From Anaerohalosphaeraceae bacterium (lineage in GTDB: Bacteria > Planctomycetota > Phycisphaerae > Sedimentisphaerales > Anaerohalosphaeraceae): a stretch of DNA of 64,000 bases. Positions 42,539 to 53,623 of this stretch are shown piece after piece. The notes under the pieces were generated by a model. It had not been told where the DNA came from, did not search any database, and saw only the letters and a list, made by a program, of their open reading frames with translations. Positions within the stretch are counted from its first letter, which is position 1. Each line of letters starts with the position of its first letter. Location of the stretch: NCBI GenBank assembly GCA_963675525.2, contig CAXXSL010000013.1:64001-128000 (forward strand). Reading direction: 5' to 3'. Position numbers and translations under genes: made by a program.

Positions 42539-44308
42539 TTAGGATTTCGCCTGGTCAAGGATCAGGTCTTTGACCTGCTCGCTCGGCAAATTCAATGCAC
42601 CGTATGCTCCGGCCGCGGCAGCCCGAAGTTCCGGATCCGTTTCCAGCGAACGGACCAGACCGTAGATCGCTTCAACCTGCTCGGTCAAAAGCAGATTCGC
42701 GTTAACTTTTGCCGAAACAACGAGAGAAGCAAACGCCGCGATACGAATATCCTGACTATTCTGCTCTGACAATGCCATTGCCACAATCGCTCGTTGAGCC
42801 TCGGGACTTTCCAGGTATGCCAGTGTTTCTGCCGCCAATACCTGCATTTCAGGACCGCTTTTTTCGGTCACTTCCGCCAGGGCCGGCAGTGCTTGTGATA
42901 AATCAACAACCATGTTCCGGACCAACGCCAGTTTACGCATTGCTTTGATCGCCCGTAACGCATACGTTTGAGATAATTCCGTACCGAATTCCTCAGCGCC
43001 TTCTTCAAGAATCGCCGAAACAAGGTTTTCAATGATCAATTTACTGCCGACAAACTCATTAACCGGATTCGCTTCGGCAAAAGCAATCGCCGCACTGAAA
43101 CGGACCTTCCGGTCTGTAAAGCCCAGCGCTTTTGCCAGCGGTTGTTCGGTACCAACACGGTACAGCAGCGATTTTTCGCCGGCATTTACTGCCATCGCCT
43201 CAACAACCCCCAAAGCAACATAGGCATCACCATTTTTCAACGCACGCTCCAGCGCCTGATGCAGGTATTCCGGCCCGGCGGTCGTCGCATACGTCATTGC
43301 ATCGGCATGACCGGTGTCAAAATACTCCGGCATCGGTACACCCACCGATTCGGCACGATAAAATCCAGCCAGCCATAAACCAATCGCCTTGCCGATCCCG
43401 GCGTCAGCCTTTAGCGCCCATTCACAACTGCGCATCGCCATCAGTTCATCAAAATATCGTTTATCCACTTCCCGACGGATCAGTGCCTGTTTCTCCGCAT
43501 CCCAAAACCAGATATTGGCAAAATTGTTCTCAATGCCCGAACTCAGGGAATCATCCTGATCATAATATTTCTCCGCCAGACTGAAAAATAATTCCGCCGA
43601 AGGAATCTTGATCGCATCTGAATCGATCTGTTCGATCGAATTGACGGCCTGATCTTTCAGCATCTCCGAAGAGTCGTTTTCGGCAATCCATTTCAAATAC
43701 GGCAGCGGTTCAAAGTAACCGATCTTGCCCAGCGCCCGTATGACTTCTATTTTTACTCCCACATCATCCATCTGTAACGCAGCAACCAGCGGACGGATAG
43801 CCGGCCGGCCGATTTTGGGAAGCGCTTCGGTAATATAGGCAAATTCGTTCTTGCGAGACTCATCGCCCAGTGCCGCCAACATATAAGGAACAGCATACTC
43901 GCCGGCATTTTTCAGATGTTCCTCAGCGGCAATTCGGCCGCGAATAGTGGTGCTCAACCGCTTAATCTCCTGAAAGATGATTTTGGGCTCAGTGCGGCGG
44001 ATATAACGCCCCTGCTCGATCAAGTCTAAAATCTTGCCGCTGACATCACGCAGTTCATCGCTGTCAGCGTGCATTTTCAGCAAAAGACGATATCCATCAG
44101 GATTATTCTCAGATAGAGCCAGCAACTCCGTCGGATCAACTTGGCCTTGAATGATCTGGTCGGCATAGCTTTTGGCCAGTTCAAAACGACCGATCGCGGT
44201 ATAATGCAGAAAATCATTCCAGTTTTCCTCAAGACTCGCGGCAAAGAGACTCGAATACAACAACAATACCCCCATCACCACCCATTTCAACGAACTTTTG
44301 TTTTCCAT
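42539..44308 (-). CDS. Exported HEAT-repeat protein
   Basis: Signal peptide; GEYAVPYMLAAL, IGRPAIRPLVAAL, VIRALGKIG, LRAAAAGAYGAL repeats. Confidence 0.82.
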   Translation of the reverse strand: MENKSSLKWVVMGVLLLYSSLFAASLEENWNDFLHYTAIGRFELAKSYADQIIQGQVDPTELLALSENNPDGYRLLLKMHADSDELRDVSGKILDLIEQGRYIRRTEPKIIFQEIKRLSTTIRGRIAAEEHLKNAGEYAVPYMLAALGDESRKNEFAYITEALPKIGRPAIRPLVAALQMDDVGVKIEVIRALGKIGYFEPLPYLKWIAENDSSEMLKDQAVNSIEQIDSDAIKIPSAELFFSLAEKYYDQDDSLSSGIENNFANIWFWDAEKQALIRREVDKRYFDELMAMRSCEWALKADAGIGKAIGLWLAGFYRAESVGVPMPEYFDTGHADAMTYATTAGPEYLHQALERALKNGDAYVALGVVEAMAVNAGEKSLLYRVGTEQPLAKALGFTDRKVRFSAAIAFAEANPVNEFVGSKLIIENLVSAILEEGAEEFGTELSQTYALRAIKAMRKLALVRNMVVDLSQALPALAEVTEKSGPEMQVLAAETLAYLESPEAQRAIVAMALSEQNSQDIRIAAFASLVVSAKVNANLLLTEQVEAIYGLVRSLETDPELRAAAAGAYGALNLPSEQVKDLILDQAKS

Positions 44309-44420
44309 CGATAATCTCCAATAAAATGATTCCGGGCCTGCCAGGCAGGCTATAACGTAAACATATTTTAAAAAAGTACTTACGGCTATAACACAAAAAC
44401 AAAAACAAAGTGTTCGTATC

Positions 44421-44448
44421 ATTATAAGGGTCGCATGGAAGGTGTCAA
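44421..44448 (-). promoter_or_regulatory. Strong sigma70 promoter upstream of the HEAT gene and atp cluster
   Basis: TTGACA-N16-TATAAT on the minus strand. Confidence 0.7.
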
Positions 44449-44484
44449 TGAAAAACCGCCCTCTAATGCCCCCCAAAACAGCTT

Positions 44485-45123
44485 TTAGTGGGCATAACCG
44501 TACAATTGATGCTCTCGGATATACTGAACCACCGAATTCGGTAACATCCCGGAAACGGATTCACCCCCAGCCAGTCGACGACGAATATCGGTACTGCTAA
44601 CGTCAAATAACGGCGTCTGGATCACGTTTTGCTGCAGATGAACGATGTGCTCGGGAGAAAACACCGATTGAAAACGTTCAAACGCAGGTTTCAGATACCC
44701 GGCCCGGTACATCACGCATATCCGGCATATCTCCAACAATTCCGTCACATTGTGCCATTTGTCAAAGTCTTCCAACTGATCGGCACCAATCAGCCAGTAT
44801 AAAAGGGTATCAGGTCCCTGTTTTTTTCTGAAATAGCAAATGGTATCGATTGTATAGCTGGGTTCCGGCCGATTTAACTCACAATCACTCACAGAAAAAC
44901 CCGGGATACTTTCAATCGCTCTCCGAATCATCTCCAATCGATGGACACCGGGTGTTGGAAGTTCGCTCTTATGAGGACTGCGCCGCGCCGGCACAAAGAG
45001 TAAGTGATCTGCCGATAGTTTTTCAAAAACAATCTGCGCAAGCCGAAGGTGACCATTGTGAATCGGATCAAATGAACCGCCGAACAGAATCGTTTTTGTT
45101 TTCTTCAACAAGTAATTCCTCAC
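44485..45123 (-). CDS. nadD: Nicotinate-nucleotide adenylyltransferase
   Basis: FGGSFDPIHNGH, SYTIDT, LIGAD, W, VSSTDIR, YIREHQLY. Confidence 0.95.
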   Translation of the reverse strand: MRNYLLKKTKTILFGGSFDPIHNGHLRLAQIVFEKLSADHLLFVPARRSPHKSELPTPGVHRLEMIRRAIESIPGFSVSDCELNRPEPSYTIDTICYFRKKQGPDTLLYWLIGADQLEDFDKWHNVTELLEICRICVMYRAGYLKPAFERFQSVFSPEHIVHLQQNVIQTPLFDVSSTDIRRRLAGGESVSGMLPNSVVQYIREHQLYGYAH

Positions 45124-45567
45124 AAAAATCTGTTAAAACTGCTGTTGCCATTTTACCATGCAAGAGATTTCTTTGCAATTTTTGATTTTTTTTTAATTTT
45201 TTTTTACTTCGTTCGTTAGGTTGAAATACGCTGCTCGACCGTCTTGTCCTTACGCACAAACCGACGGACCGCACGGTCCGATGAAAAAACAAAACTTTAA
45301 AAATATGACACTCTAAGCATTGTTTGGATGCAAAATCTAACATCGTCTTTCATTTTATAGAACGCGACGTCAACAAGACAAGGCTGGCTTACTTTATGGA
45401 AGTCCGTCGCTGATAAGCGGTTACAGTGCTGCCAACCAAGGCCGTAATTTCATTTTTTATCAAGGATTCGGGTGATTTTTGTCGATAAAGGTGTATAATA
45501 TGAGCAATCGTATAGTGAACTTTTTTGTTGACGTATTAAAAAACCTTTGAAAGGAGGTGACAACGTT

Positions 45568-45750
45568 ATGGCAAAGAAAAAAGCTGCTAAGAAAAAAGTT
45601 GCAAAGAAGAAAGTTGCTAAGAAAAAAGTAGCAAAGAAGAAAGTAGCAAAGAAGAAAGTTGCTAAGAAAAAAGTAGCAAAGAAGAAAGCCACAAAAAAGA
45701 AAGTTGCTAAGAAAAAAGCTACGAAAAAGAAAGCCACAAAGAAGAAATAG
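45568..45750 (+). CDS. Lysine-rich histone H1/Hc2-like pentapeptide-repeat protein (60 aa)
   Basis: Strong SD AAAGGAGGTGA 7 nt before ATG; twelve xxKKK units; synonymous codon variation among repeats; own terminator. Confidence 0.85.
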   Translation: MAKKKAAKKKVAKKKVAKKKVAKKKVAKKKVAKKKVAKKKATKKKVAKKKATKKKATKKK

Positions 45751-45781
45751 TGTGAGTCTCGACTCCACTGTTGTGGTAATT

Positions 45782-45825
45782 AAAAAGGAAGGTTTCTCAT
45801 CCACATTGAAACCTTCCTTTTTTTT
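45782..45825 (+). terminator. Intrinsic terminator of the histone-like gene
   Basis: AAAAAGGAAGGTTTC/GAAACCTTCCTTTTT plus T-run. Confidence 0.85.
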
Positions 45826-46075
45826 GAAACTCTTTTGCCCGCTGGAGAATCTAAACCACAGTAAGCCGGGGGGTTCGAAAACCGGAACATCAATATGTAT
45901 TGTGTTTCAAAAACATATTGATTAAGCTATTTTCATCACTCTAAAGGCCTTTTTTAGTCTCTGAAACCCTTTAAAAAAACTTTGCAACCGTCATAAATTA
46001 AGTATATAATCAGGACGTTGTATATAAAAGCAGCTTTTTACGCAGGTTGCGTAAAACAATAAGGGTAACAGAACT

Positions 46076-46492
46076 ATGGTAAAACCGAAAATAAAAGCGG
46101 CAAGTGTTATTTTTTGCGCTGTGATCGGGTTTTTGTGTCTTGTTGGGTTCTCGGAACAGCGATACAGCGAAAAAACGTCCGAGAGCATCGTCGCTGTACC
46201 GATTCAACTGACACGGGATTCATATGGGCTGGCACTCATTGATCCCGGCAATCAAACGCTCTGGGTCTATGAATTCAATACCCGAGGGCAGACGTTCGAT
46301 CATCTTCGATTAATGGCCGCCAGGAGCTTTGCCTATGACCGAAAACTGACTGAATGGAACACCGGAACACCGACGCCCGCACAGGTCAGGGAAATACTGG
46401 AGGCGATGGAAAAAACACAGCAGGATAAGGAACAAAGACAGGACTCCAAGGTCGAAGCACTTGAGCAAGTTCTCGAACAGGAACTAAACTGA
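46076..46492 (+). CDS. Hypothetical exported protein
   Basis: N-terminal hydrophobic helix; LALID...TLWVYE...LRLMAARSFAYD. Confidence 0.7.
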   Translation: MVKPKIKAASVIFCAVIGFLCLVGFSEQRYSEKTSESIVAVPIQLTRDSYGLALIDPGNQTLWVYEFNTRGQTFDHLRLMAARSFAYDRKLTEWNTGTPTPAQVREILEAMEKTQQDKEQRQDSKVEALEQVLEQELN

Positions 46493-46531
46493 TATTATTC
46501 AAATAATAGCTTAAACTCGGGGAAAATTAAA

Positions 46532-47608
46532 ATGGCTGAAGATTTTTACACAATGCAGGACGTGACGGAAAAACTCCGCAAGACGGAGCAGGAGGTACAG
46601 GAATTGGTAAAACAGGGCAAACTGCGTCAGTATATGGATGCCGGTAAGCCCATGTTCAAGACCGAGGATATTGACGCGCTTTCCGAAGAAATCGAGGGGC
46701 TTGACATTTCCGCTATTGCCCTCAACCCGGAAGAGTCCGAGATGGAACTGGAACTGGAAGAAACATCAGAAATCCAATTATCGCCGGACCAATCTGGCGA
46801 TCAGGAGCTTTCTGATGGACCCAAACCCGCCGGACCGGAAAGCGAAGGCGGATTCGGGCTCAGCCAGATGGGCGACTTGACAATGGGCGATACCAATGTC
46901 GGAACGGTCGGCATTAACATCCTCAGCGGAACCGAAGACGCTTTCAAGCTTACTGAAGATACCAAAGCGGAAACTCAATCCGTTGACGCGGCGGAAATCG
47001 AAGAAATCGAAAGTCTGGATGCGGATGCCAATATGGAAAGCTTCGGCAGCGGGTCGGGGCTTTTGGATCTATCGCTTCAAGCTGATGACACCTCACTGGG
47101 TGCGGTATTGGATGATATCCTGCCCACAGGAGCAGATGAGGGCGGGTTGGACGCAGGCAATCTGCCCACTGAGCAGTTGGGACTCGTAGAAGAAACCGAA
47201 GACTTACTGGCAGAACCAGCCATGGCTGACGAGGCTCCCATGGCACAGGTATCGGCGGCAACACCGCAGGGCGCTATGCAGATGGCGATGGTCGCTCCGG
47301 TGGACCCGCGAACAAACCTGTTCGGTATCGCCATGTTTTTGCCGCTGGCAGCGATTATCCTGGCGGGAATCATTCTTACGGCAGCCATGCAGGGCGTTCG
47401 GCCTTCATTGCTGAATGCAATCATAGAAACCCAAATCGCCGGACTGGGGCTGTTTTGGTACATTTTAGGCGGACTTGCCGTATTCTCCGTAATTTTCTGT
47501 TTGTTCGCTTCTCTTGGCGGAGGCGGCGGAACTCCTAAATCGCCAAAAGTTAAGAAAGCCAAAAAGGAAAAGCCTGTAAAAGTAAAGAAGAAGAAAAAAG
47601 GCAAATAA
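46532..47608 (+). CDS. HTH (excisionase/MerR-like) domain protein with acidic linker and two C-terminal TM helices
   Basis: FYTMQDVTEKL...LVKQGKLRQY...FKTEDI; D/E-rich middle with GSGSGLLDLSL; two hydrophobic helices; Lys-rich tail. Confidence 0.75.
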   Translation: MAEDFYTMQDVTEKLRKTEQEVQELVKQGKLRQYMDAGKPMFKTEDIDALSEEIEGLDISAIALNPEESEMELELEETSEIQLSPDQSGDQELSDGPKPAGPESEGGFGLSQMGDLTMGDTNVGTVGINILSGTEDAFKLTEDTKAETQSVDAAEIEEIESLDADANMESFGSGSGLLDLSLQADDTSLGAVLDDILPTGADEGGLDAGNLPTEQLGLVEETEDLLAEPAMADEAPMAQVSAATPQGAMQMAMVAPVDPRTNLFGIAMFLPLAAIILAGIILTAAMQGVRPSLLNAIIETQIAGLGLFWYILGGLAVFSVIFCLFASLGGGGGTPKSPKVKKAKKEKPVKVKKKKKGK

Positions 47609-47715
47609 GTAAATTTCATGAAAAATGGCTTTTTTAGCCGACATATTTTATATGGAATAGTGCAGTTTAACACGGCAAAGACAAATGGATTGACCTTTCT
47701 GGAAAGGGGATAAGA

Positions 47716-48495
47716 ATGAACAGGAGCAAATGTTTGGTATGGACGCTGGCGTGTGCGATGATTCTTTTGACGGTCGGGTGCGAATGTTCCCAGCCATACG
47801 ACGATCTAAAAGCCCAAAACCGCATCCAGCAACAGCGAATCGAAGACATTGAGGGCCAATTAGGCCTTTGCAATGCGGATCTCCAGCAGAAAATTCAGGA
47901 ACTGGAAGGGATTTCCGGCCAGAGTGGTGCTAATCTGGATGCCAAGAACGCCATGATCGCAGCACTGGAATCCGATATCGAAAAGAAAAAAGCATTAATT
48001 GCCAAAATGCAGGCTCAATTGATGCAGGCCGGTGCTCCCCTGCCGCCGGAAATGAACCTTCTGCTGCAGGATTTCGCCAAAACCAGCGACATGATCGACT
48101 TTGATGCCTCCACCGGAATGCTCAAGTTCAAAAATGATCTGTTGTTCACCTCCGGCAGCGATCAAGTTACCGGCAAGGCAACAGACGCGTTAAAAGCTCT
48201 GGGCAACATCATGAATTCAGCCGAAGGCAAGCAGTTTGATATCGTCATAGTCGGTCACACCGACGATGTCCCGATCAAGCGGCCCGCCACCCTGCAAAAA
48301 CACCCGACTAACTGGCATTTGTCGGTTCATCGGGCTATCGGTGTCATGAATGCACTCAGCAGCGGCGGCATCGCCCCTGAACGGATGGCCGTCAAGGGTT
48401 ATGGCGAATATCGACCGGTTGCCCCCAACAAGCCAAACAAGGGTGGCAACGAAGCCAACCGCCGTGTGGAAATCTTTATTATTCCCGCATCCTGA
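47716..48495 (+). CDS. OmpA/MotB-family peptidoglycan-binding lipoprotein
   Basis: Lipobox TVGC; coiled coil; GHTDDVPI, NWHLSVHRA, GYGEYRP, NRRVEI. Confidence 0.9.
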   Translation: MNRSKCLVWTLACAMILLTVGCECSQPYDDLKAQNRIQQQRIEDIEGQLGLCNADLQQKIQELEGISGQSGANLDAKNAMIAALESDIEKKKALIAKMQAQLMQAGAPLPPEMNLLLQDFAKTSDMIDFDASTGMLKFKNDLLFTSGSDQVTGKATDALKALGNIMNSAEGKQFDIVIVGHTDDVPIKRPATLQKHPTNWHLSVHRAIGVMNALSSGGIAPERMAVKGYGEYRPVAPNKPNKGGNEANRRVEIFIIPAS

Positions 48496-48529
48496 CAGCT
48501 TTGATATGCATTGTGGACCTGGAGAACAG

Positions 48530-48991
48530 ATGGCTCAGCAAACTCTGATCATAATTAAGCCGGATGCGGTGCAGCGGCATTTGACCGGACAAATTCTCTC
48601 TCGCTTTGAGCGAAAGGGACTTAAGATCGTCGCCGCCAAATTCATGCAGATTTCGCAGGAACTGGCCCAAAAACATTACGCCGTCCACAAAGGCAAACCA
48701 TTCTTCGAAGGCGTCGTCAATTACATGTCTTCTTCGCCTGTGTTGGTAATGGTGTTGGAAGCCGAGGACGTCATTGCCATGAGCCGCAAACTCATGGGCA
48801 AAACCTTCGGCAACGAAGCCGAACCGGGCACCATTCGCGGCGACTTCGGTGCCTGCCGGGGATATAATCTCATCCACGGTTCCGACAGTCCTGAATCCGC
48901 AGAATATGAGATCGGCCTGTACTTTAAACCCGAGGAAATCGTCGATTACACGCTGGCCGACGAAGACTGGCTCTACGGTAGCAACGATTAA
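48530..48991 (+). CDS. ndk: Nucleoside diphosphate kinase
   Basis: TLIIIKPDAV, HYAVHKGKPFF, PGTIRGDF, NLIHGSDS. Confidence 0.97.
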   Translation: MAQQTLIIIKPDAVQRHLTGQILSRFERKGLKIVAAKFMQISQELAQKHYAVHKGKPFFEGVVNYMSSSPVLVMVLEAEDVIAMSRKLMGKTFGNEAEPGTIRGDFGACRGYNLIHGSDSPESAEYEIGLYFKPEEIVDYTLADEDWLYGSND

Positions 48992-49032
48992 AAACGCCGG
49001 GGCGCAAGCCCCGCGAATGATTTACAAAACCC

Positions 49033-49060
49033 AAAGCCCCTTTCCAAAGGGGCTTTTTTT
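49033..49060. terminator. Intrinsic terminator after ndk
   Basis: AAAGCCCCTT/AAGGGGCTTT plus T-run; preceded by a CGGGGC-GCAA-GCCCCG hairpin at 48998-49013. Confidence 0.8.
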
Positions 49061-50651
49061 ATGGCTTCTGAAACTCTTCCTGCATGTGCTTGCGTATCAA
49101 CTCGGCCAATTTTTTTTCCAATTCCGGCGTCCGGCCATGTGCATAGGGATCAATAATCCCAATCTTAAAGTCGATATCGGGATCGGGCCGGATGATTCGG
49201 ATTTTATGGTCGACTTCGCCATTTGGCGGAATAACTTTGATAATGTATTTTTTACCCAGAACAGGTCTGACAATCTTCGGGTTCCTTACAAGCCATTTCC
49301 TGATTTTATTAACAGTTTCCAACTGTCCCTCCAGCACAATCGAAAGGGGCTCTTCAAAAGGGATTATCTTAAATTTCACTAAATTGCTTGTTACTCCAGC
49401 TGTCGCCTCTACCGGTTTATCGTTCCTATCCATCTTCACATACATAGGTTTATAACGAAATCGCAACGAATGATGGCCCACGTCCAGTTTCAACAGCATG
49501 GCGGTTTCTTTGGATCCCCATTCTTCCGTCAGCGTAATTTGAGCAAAGTCGTAATTCACTTTTTTAGGATTTAAGGGGAAAGACAGAATATCGAACGCCT
49601 CTGGGCCGCCCCATCGATACCACTGTCCGTCCACTTCAATTTCAAAAAACTGCTGAAGCGGGGTGCAACTGAATACCTTATCGCCAATATTCAGCAGATC
49701 CACAATGATCGTTACCGTTTCTTTGGTATTAAAAGCGAGTTTCTTTGGTCGAATTTTCATGCAAAGGCCGTCCGCCGCCTCACCCCACAAGTCCGCATCC
49801 TCTCCCTCCAGCGTTTCCTCCGGCTTGCGCAACCACCACGGCGCCTCCATCATGGCTTTGGCTTCGGCTTCATCCGAATAAAAGGTGTGCATCTTTTCAT
49901 TGCGATAATATTCCCAGAACAATTCTTCGGCCTCTTTATTGAAAAACTCAATACTCCCCTTGGTTTGCTCGTCTTCGAAGAACTTTCGGTAGGCATCCAG
50001 CGGCTCAGGTCCGGCCTGTTGAAAAATCACTCGCCCGCCGTATTGATCATAGAGCCGATTGCAAATTTTCCAGATTAGAATCATTCTTTCAGCCGGAGTA
50101 TTACGGCCTTTAAAATGCCCTTCTGATTCAGCCATTCTCGTTGCGACGCCATTGTAAAGTTCCACTTGACCGGTTAATTCAGAACGCTTCTGCTCATCCA
50201 GATTATCCGCTTCGAGTACTTTTTGTAGACTATTCACCTTCTTTTGAGCCTTTTCAGCCTGCGACATCATAGACCGCAGCATACTGTTATTAAACTGTTC
50301 GATATCTTGTTCTGTAACCTCAATCTCCTTTTCCTTTGCGTATTGTTCAAATAACAGCCAAAAATAATTGGAAAGATTGGATCGCCAATGCTGTCGTTTC
50401 CATTCCTCTAACTGCTCCGGCGTCTTGTCGCTTGCGTATTTTTCTATCTGGCTCCCTGAAGGATTGATATCTTTCAAATAGATGTTTTGGTCCAGAACCC
50501 GCGCAATCAAAGCATCTCCCGGCAAGTCATTTAAGGAAACTGAAACCGAAAGATATTTCTCATTCGCATCGTCAGAACTGGAAGCATTGGACAGCAAATT
50601 CCCGCAAAAAATGAAAAAGAACAACGAAATGAAAGTCCACGTCAGTTTCAT
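49059..50651 (-). CDS. Hypothetical exported multidomain protein (SurA-N-like helical region plus beta-rich domain)
   Basis: Signal peptide; YAKEKEIEVTEQDI; YGGRVIFQQAGPEPLDAYR; WGEAADGL module. Confidence 0.65.
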   Translation of the reverse strand: MKLTWTFISLFFFIFCGNLLSNASSSDDANEKYLSVSVSLNDLPGDALIARVLDQNIYLKDINPSGSQIEKYASDKTPEQLEEWKRQHWRSNLSNYFWLLFEQYAKEKEIEVTEQDIEQFNNSMLRSMMSQAEKAQKKVNSLQKVLEADNLDEQKRSELTGQVELYNGVATRMAESEGHFKGRNTPAERMILIWKICNRLYDQYGGRVIFQQAGPEPLDAYRKFFEDEQTKGSIEFFNKEAEELFWEYYRNEKMHTFYSDEAEAKAMMEAPWWLRKPEETLEGEDADLWGEAADGLCMKIRPKKLAFNTKETVTIIVDLLNIGDKVFSCTPLQQFFEIEVDGQWYRWGGPEAFDILSFPLNPKKVNYDFAQITLTEEWGSKETAMLLKLDVGHHSLRFRYKPMYVKMDRNDKPVEATAGVTSNLVKFKIIPFEEPLSIVLEGQLETVNKIRKWLVRNPKIVRPVLGKKYIIKVIPPNGEVDHKIRIIRPDPDIDFKIGIIDPYAHGRTPELEKKLAELIRKHMQEEFQKP

Positions 50652-50828
50652 TCAAGTCACTCCTTAGCCTTTGAGTGTCGAAAAAATCTTCGCGATTCAT
50701 ATTATAACCGAACAGATAATTTACATCTATCTATTTAGATGTATAATAGAGGTAATCGTTACCCGTTTTTTGCATAATTTATGTAAAAATCGACCGTTTA
50801 TGCGATTTCGATGATTATAACTCTTTAA

Positions 50829-52844
<2,016 letters not shown>

Positions 52845-52853
52845 CCATATACA

Positions 52854-52888
52854 GTCTGAAATCTCAAATTTGAGATCTGAAATTTGAA
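52854..52888 (+). repeat. Five tandem 7-bp units (ATYTGAR-like) upstream of the four-helix-bundle gene
   Basis: GTCTGAA ATCTCAA ATTTGAG ATCTGAA ATTTGAA; includes the perfect palindrome ATCTCAAATTTGAGAT. Confidence 0.8.
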
Positions 52889-52908
52889 ATAAACAAAAGG
52901 AGCTTCCA

Positions 52909-53421
52909 ATGAAATACAACCGTTTTGAAGACCTTCCTGTATGGAAAGCCTCCATCGAACTGGCCCAACGCATTTATGTTCTTACACGTAACACGTTTTT
53001 TTCACAGCCGGGAGATCTTCGTGACCAGCTTCGTCGGGCGTCTCTGTCGGTTTCAAACAATATTGCGGAAGGCTTTGAACGCGGCTCAACCGCTGAACTG
53101 CTGTACTTTCTGTATATTGCCCGAGGCTCATGCGGAGAAACACGCTCGATGCTGTGTTTTACCGAACAATTTGAAAACACCGCTCATCTCAAACATGAAA
53201 TTTCAAACCTTATAGCACTCGCCGAGTCCTGCTCACGACAGATACGGGCATGGGCGGACAGCCTGCAAAACAGCGATATCAAAGGCCAGCGTCACCTCAA
53301 TGAGGCCGCACGCGAGATATATGAGTCAAAAAAACGAAGAACCGCTTTCGAAAAGCAACTGGAAGAAACCATGCGCAAGATTCGCCCGCAGGACTTCCCC
53401 CAAGCCGAAAACAAAGCATAA
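52909..53421 (+). CDS. Four helix bundle protein (23S rRNA IVP / TIGR02436-like)
   Basis: RFEDLPVWK, DQLRRASLSVSNNIAEGFER, FLYIARGSCGETRS. Confidence 0.93.
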   Translation: MKYNRFEDLPVWKASIELAQRIYVLTRNTFFSQPGDLRDQLRRASLSVSNNIAEGFERGSTAELLYFLYIARGSCGETRSMLCFTEQFENTAHLKHEISNLIALAESCSRQIRAWADSLQNSDIKGQRHLNEAAREIYESKKRRTAFEKQLEETMRKIRPQDFPQAENKA

Positions 53422-53423
53422 AA

Positions 53424-53514
53424 ACCTGAAATCTAAGATCTGAAATCTGAGATCTGAAATCTGAAATCTGAAATCTGAGATCTGAGATCTGAGATCTGAA
53501 ATCTGAAATTTGAG
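53424..53514 (+). repeat. Thirteen tandem 7-bp units, consensus ATCTGA(A/G)
   Basis: Counted directly, from ACCTGAA ATCTAAG ATCTGAA to ATCTGAA ATTTGAG. Confidence 0.95.
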
Positions 53515-53623
53515 CTTAAAAAAACCAAACACAAAAATCCCAAAAAAACTCCCCCCAAGCCCCCGTGGGGGGCGACAGAACCATCCACTTCATCCTAACG
53601 GATTCAGTGGCTGCCACCCGTCG

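Noticed and set aside
45205..45450. Possible 6S RNA or other ncRNA between nadD and the histone-like gene
   Set aside because: Only short hairpins (CGGACC-GCAC-GGTCCG); no long rod structure or recognisable conserved motif by eye. An Rfam scan is needed to exclude it.
45450..45804. Antisense Phe-rich ORFs (FFFAT repeats)
   Set aside because: Shadow frames of the Lys-rich gene; the SD and terminator support the plus strand
52909..53421. Diversity-generating retroelement (Avd-like gene)
   Set aside because: No reverse transcriptase and no template/variable repeat pair seen in the window
53424..53514. Possible CRISPR array
   Set aside because: Contiguous 7-bp units with no unique spacers and no cas genes; the same applies to the 54.87-54.97 kb array
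53326..53532. ORF with FQISDLRSQIS repeats
   Set aside because: Translation artefact of the heptamer array
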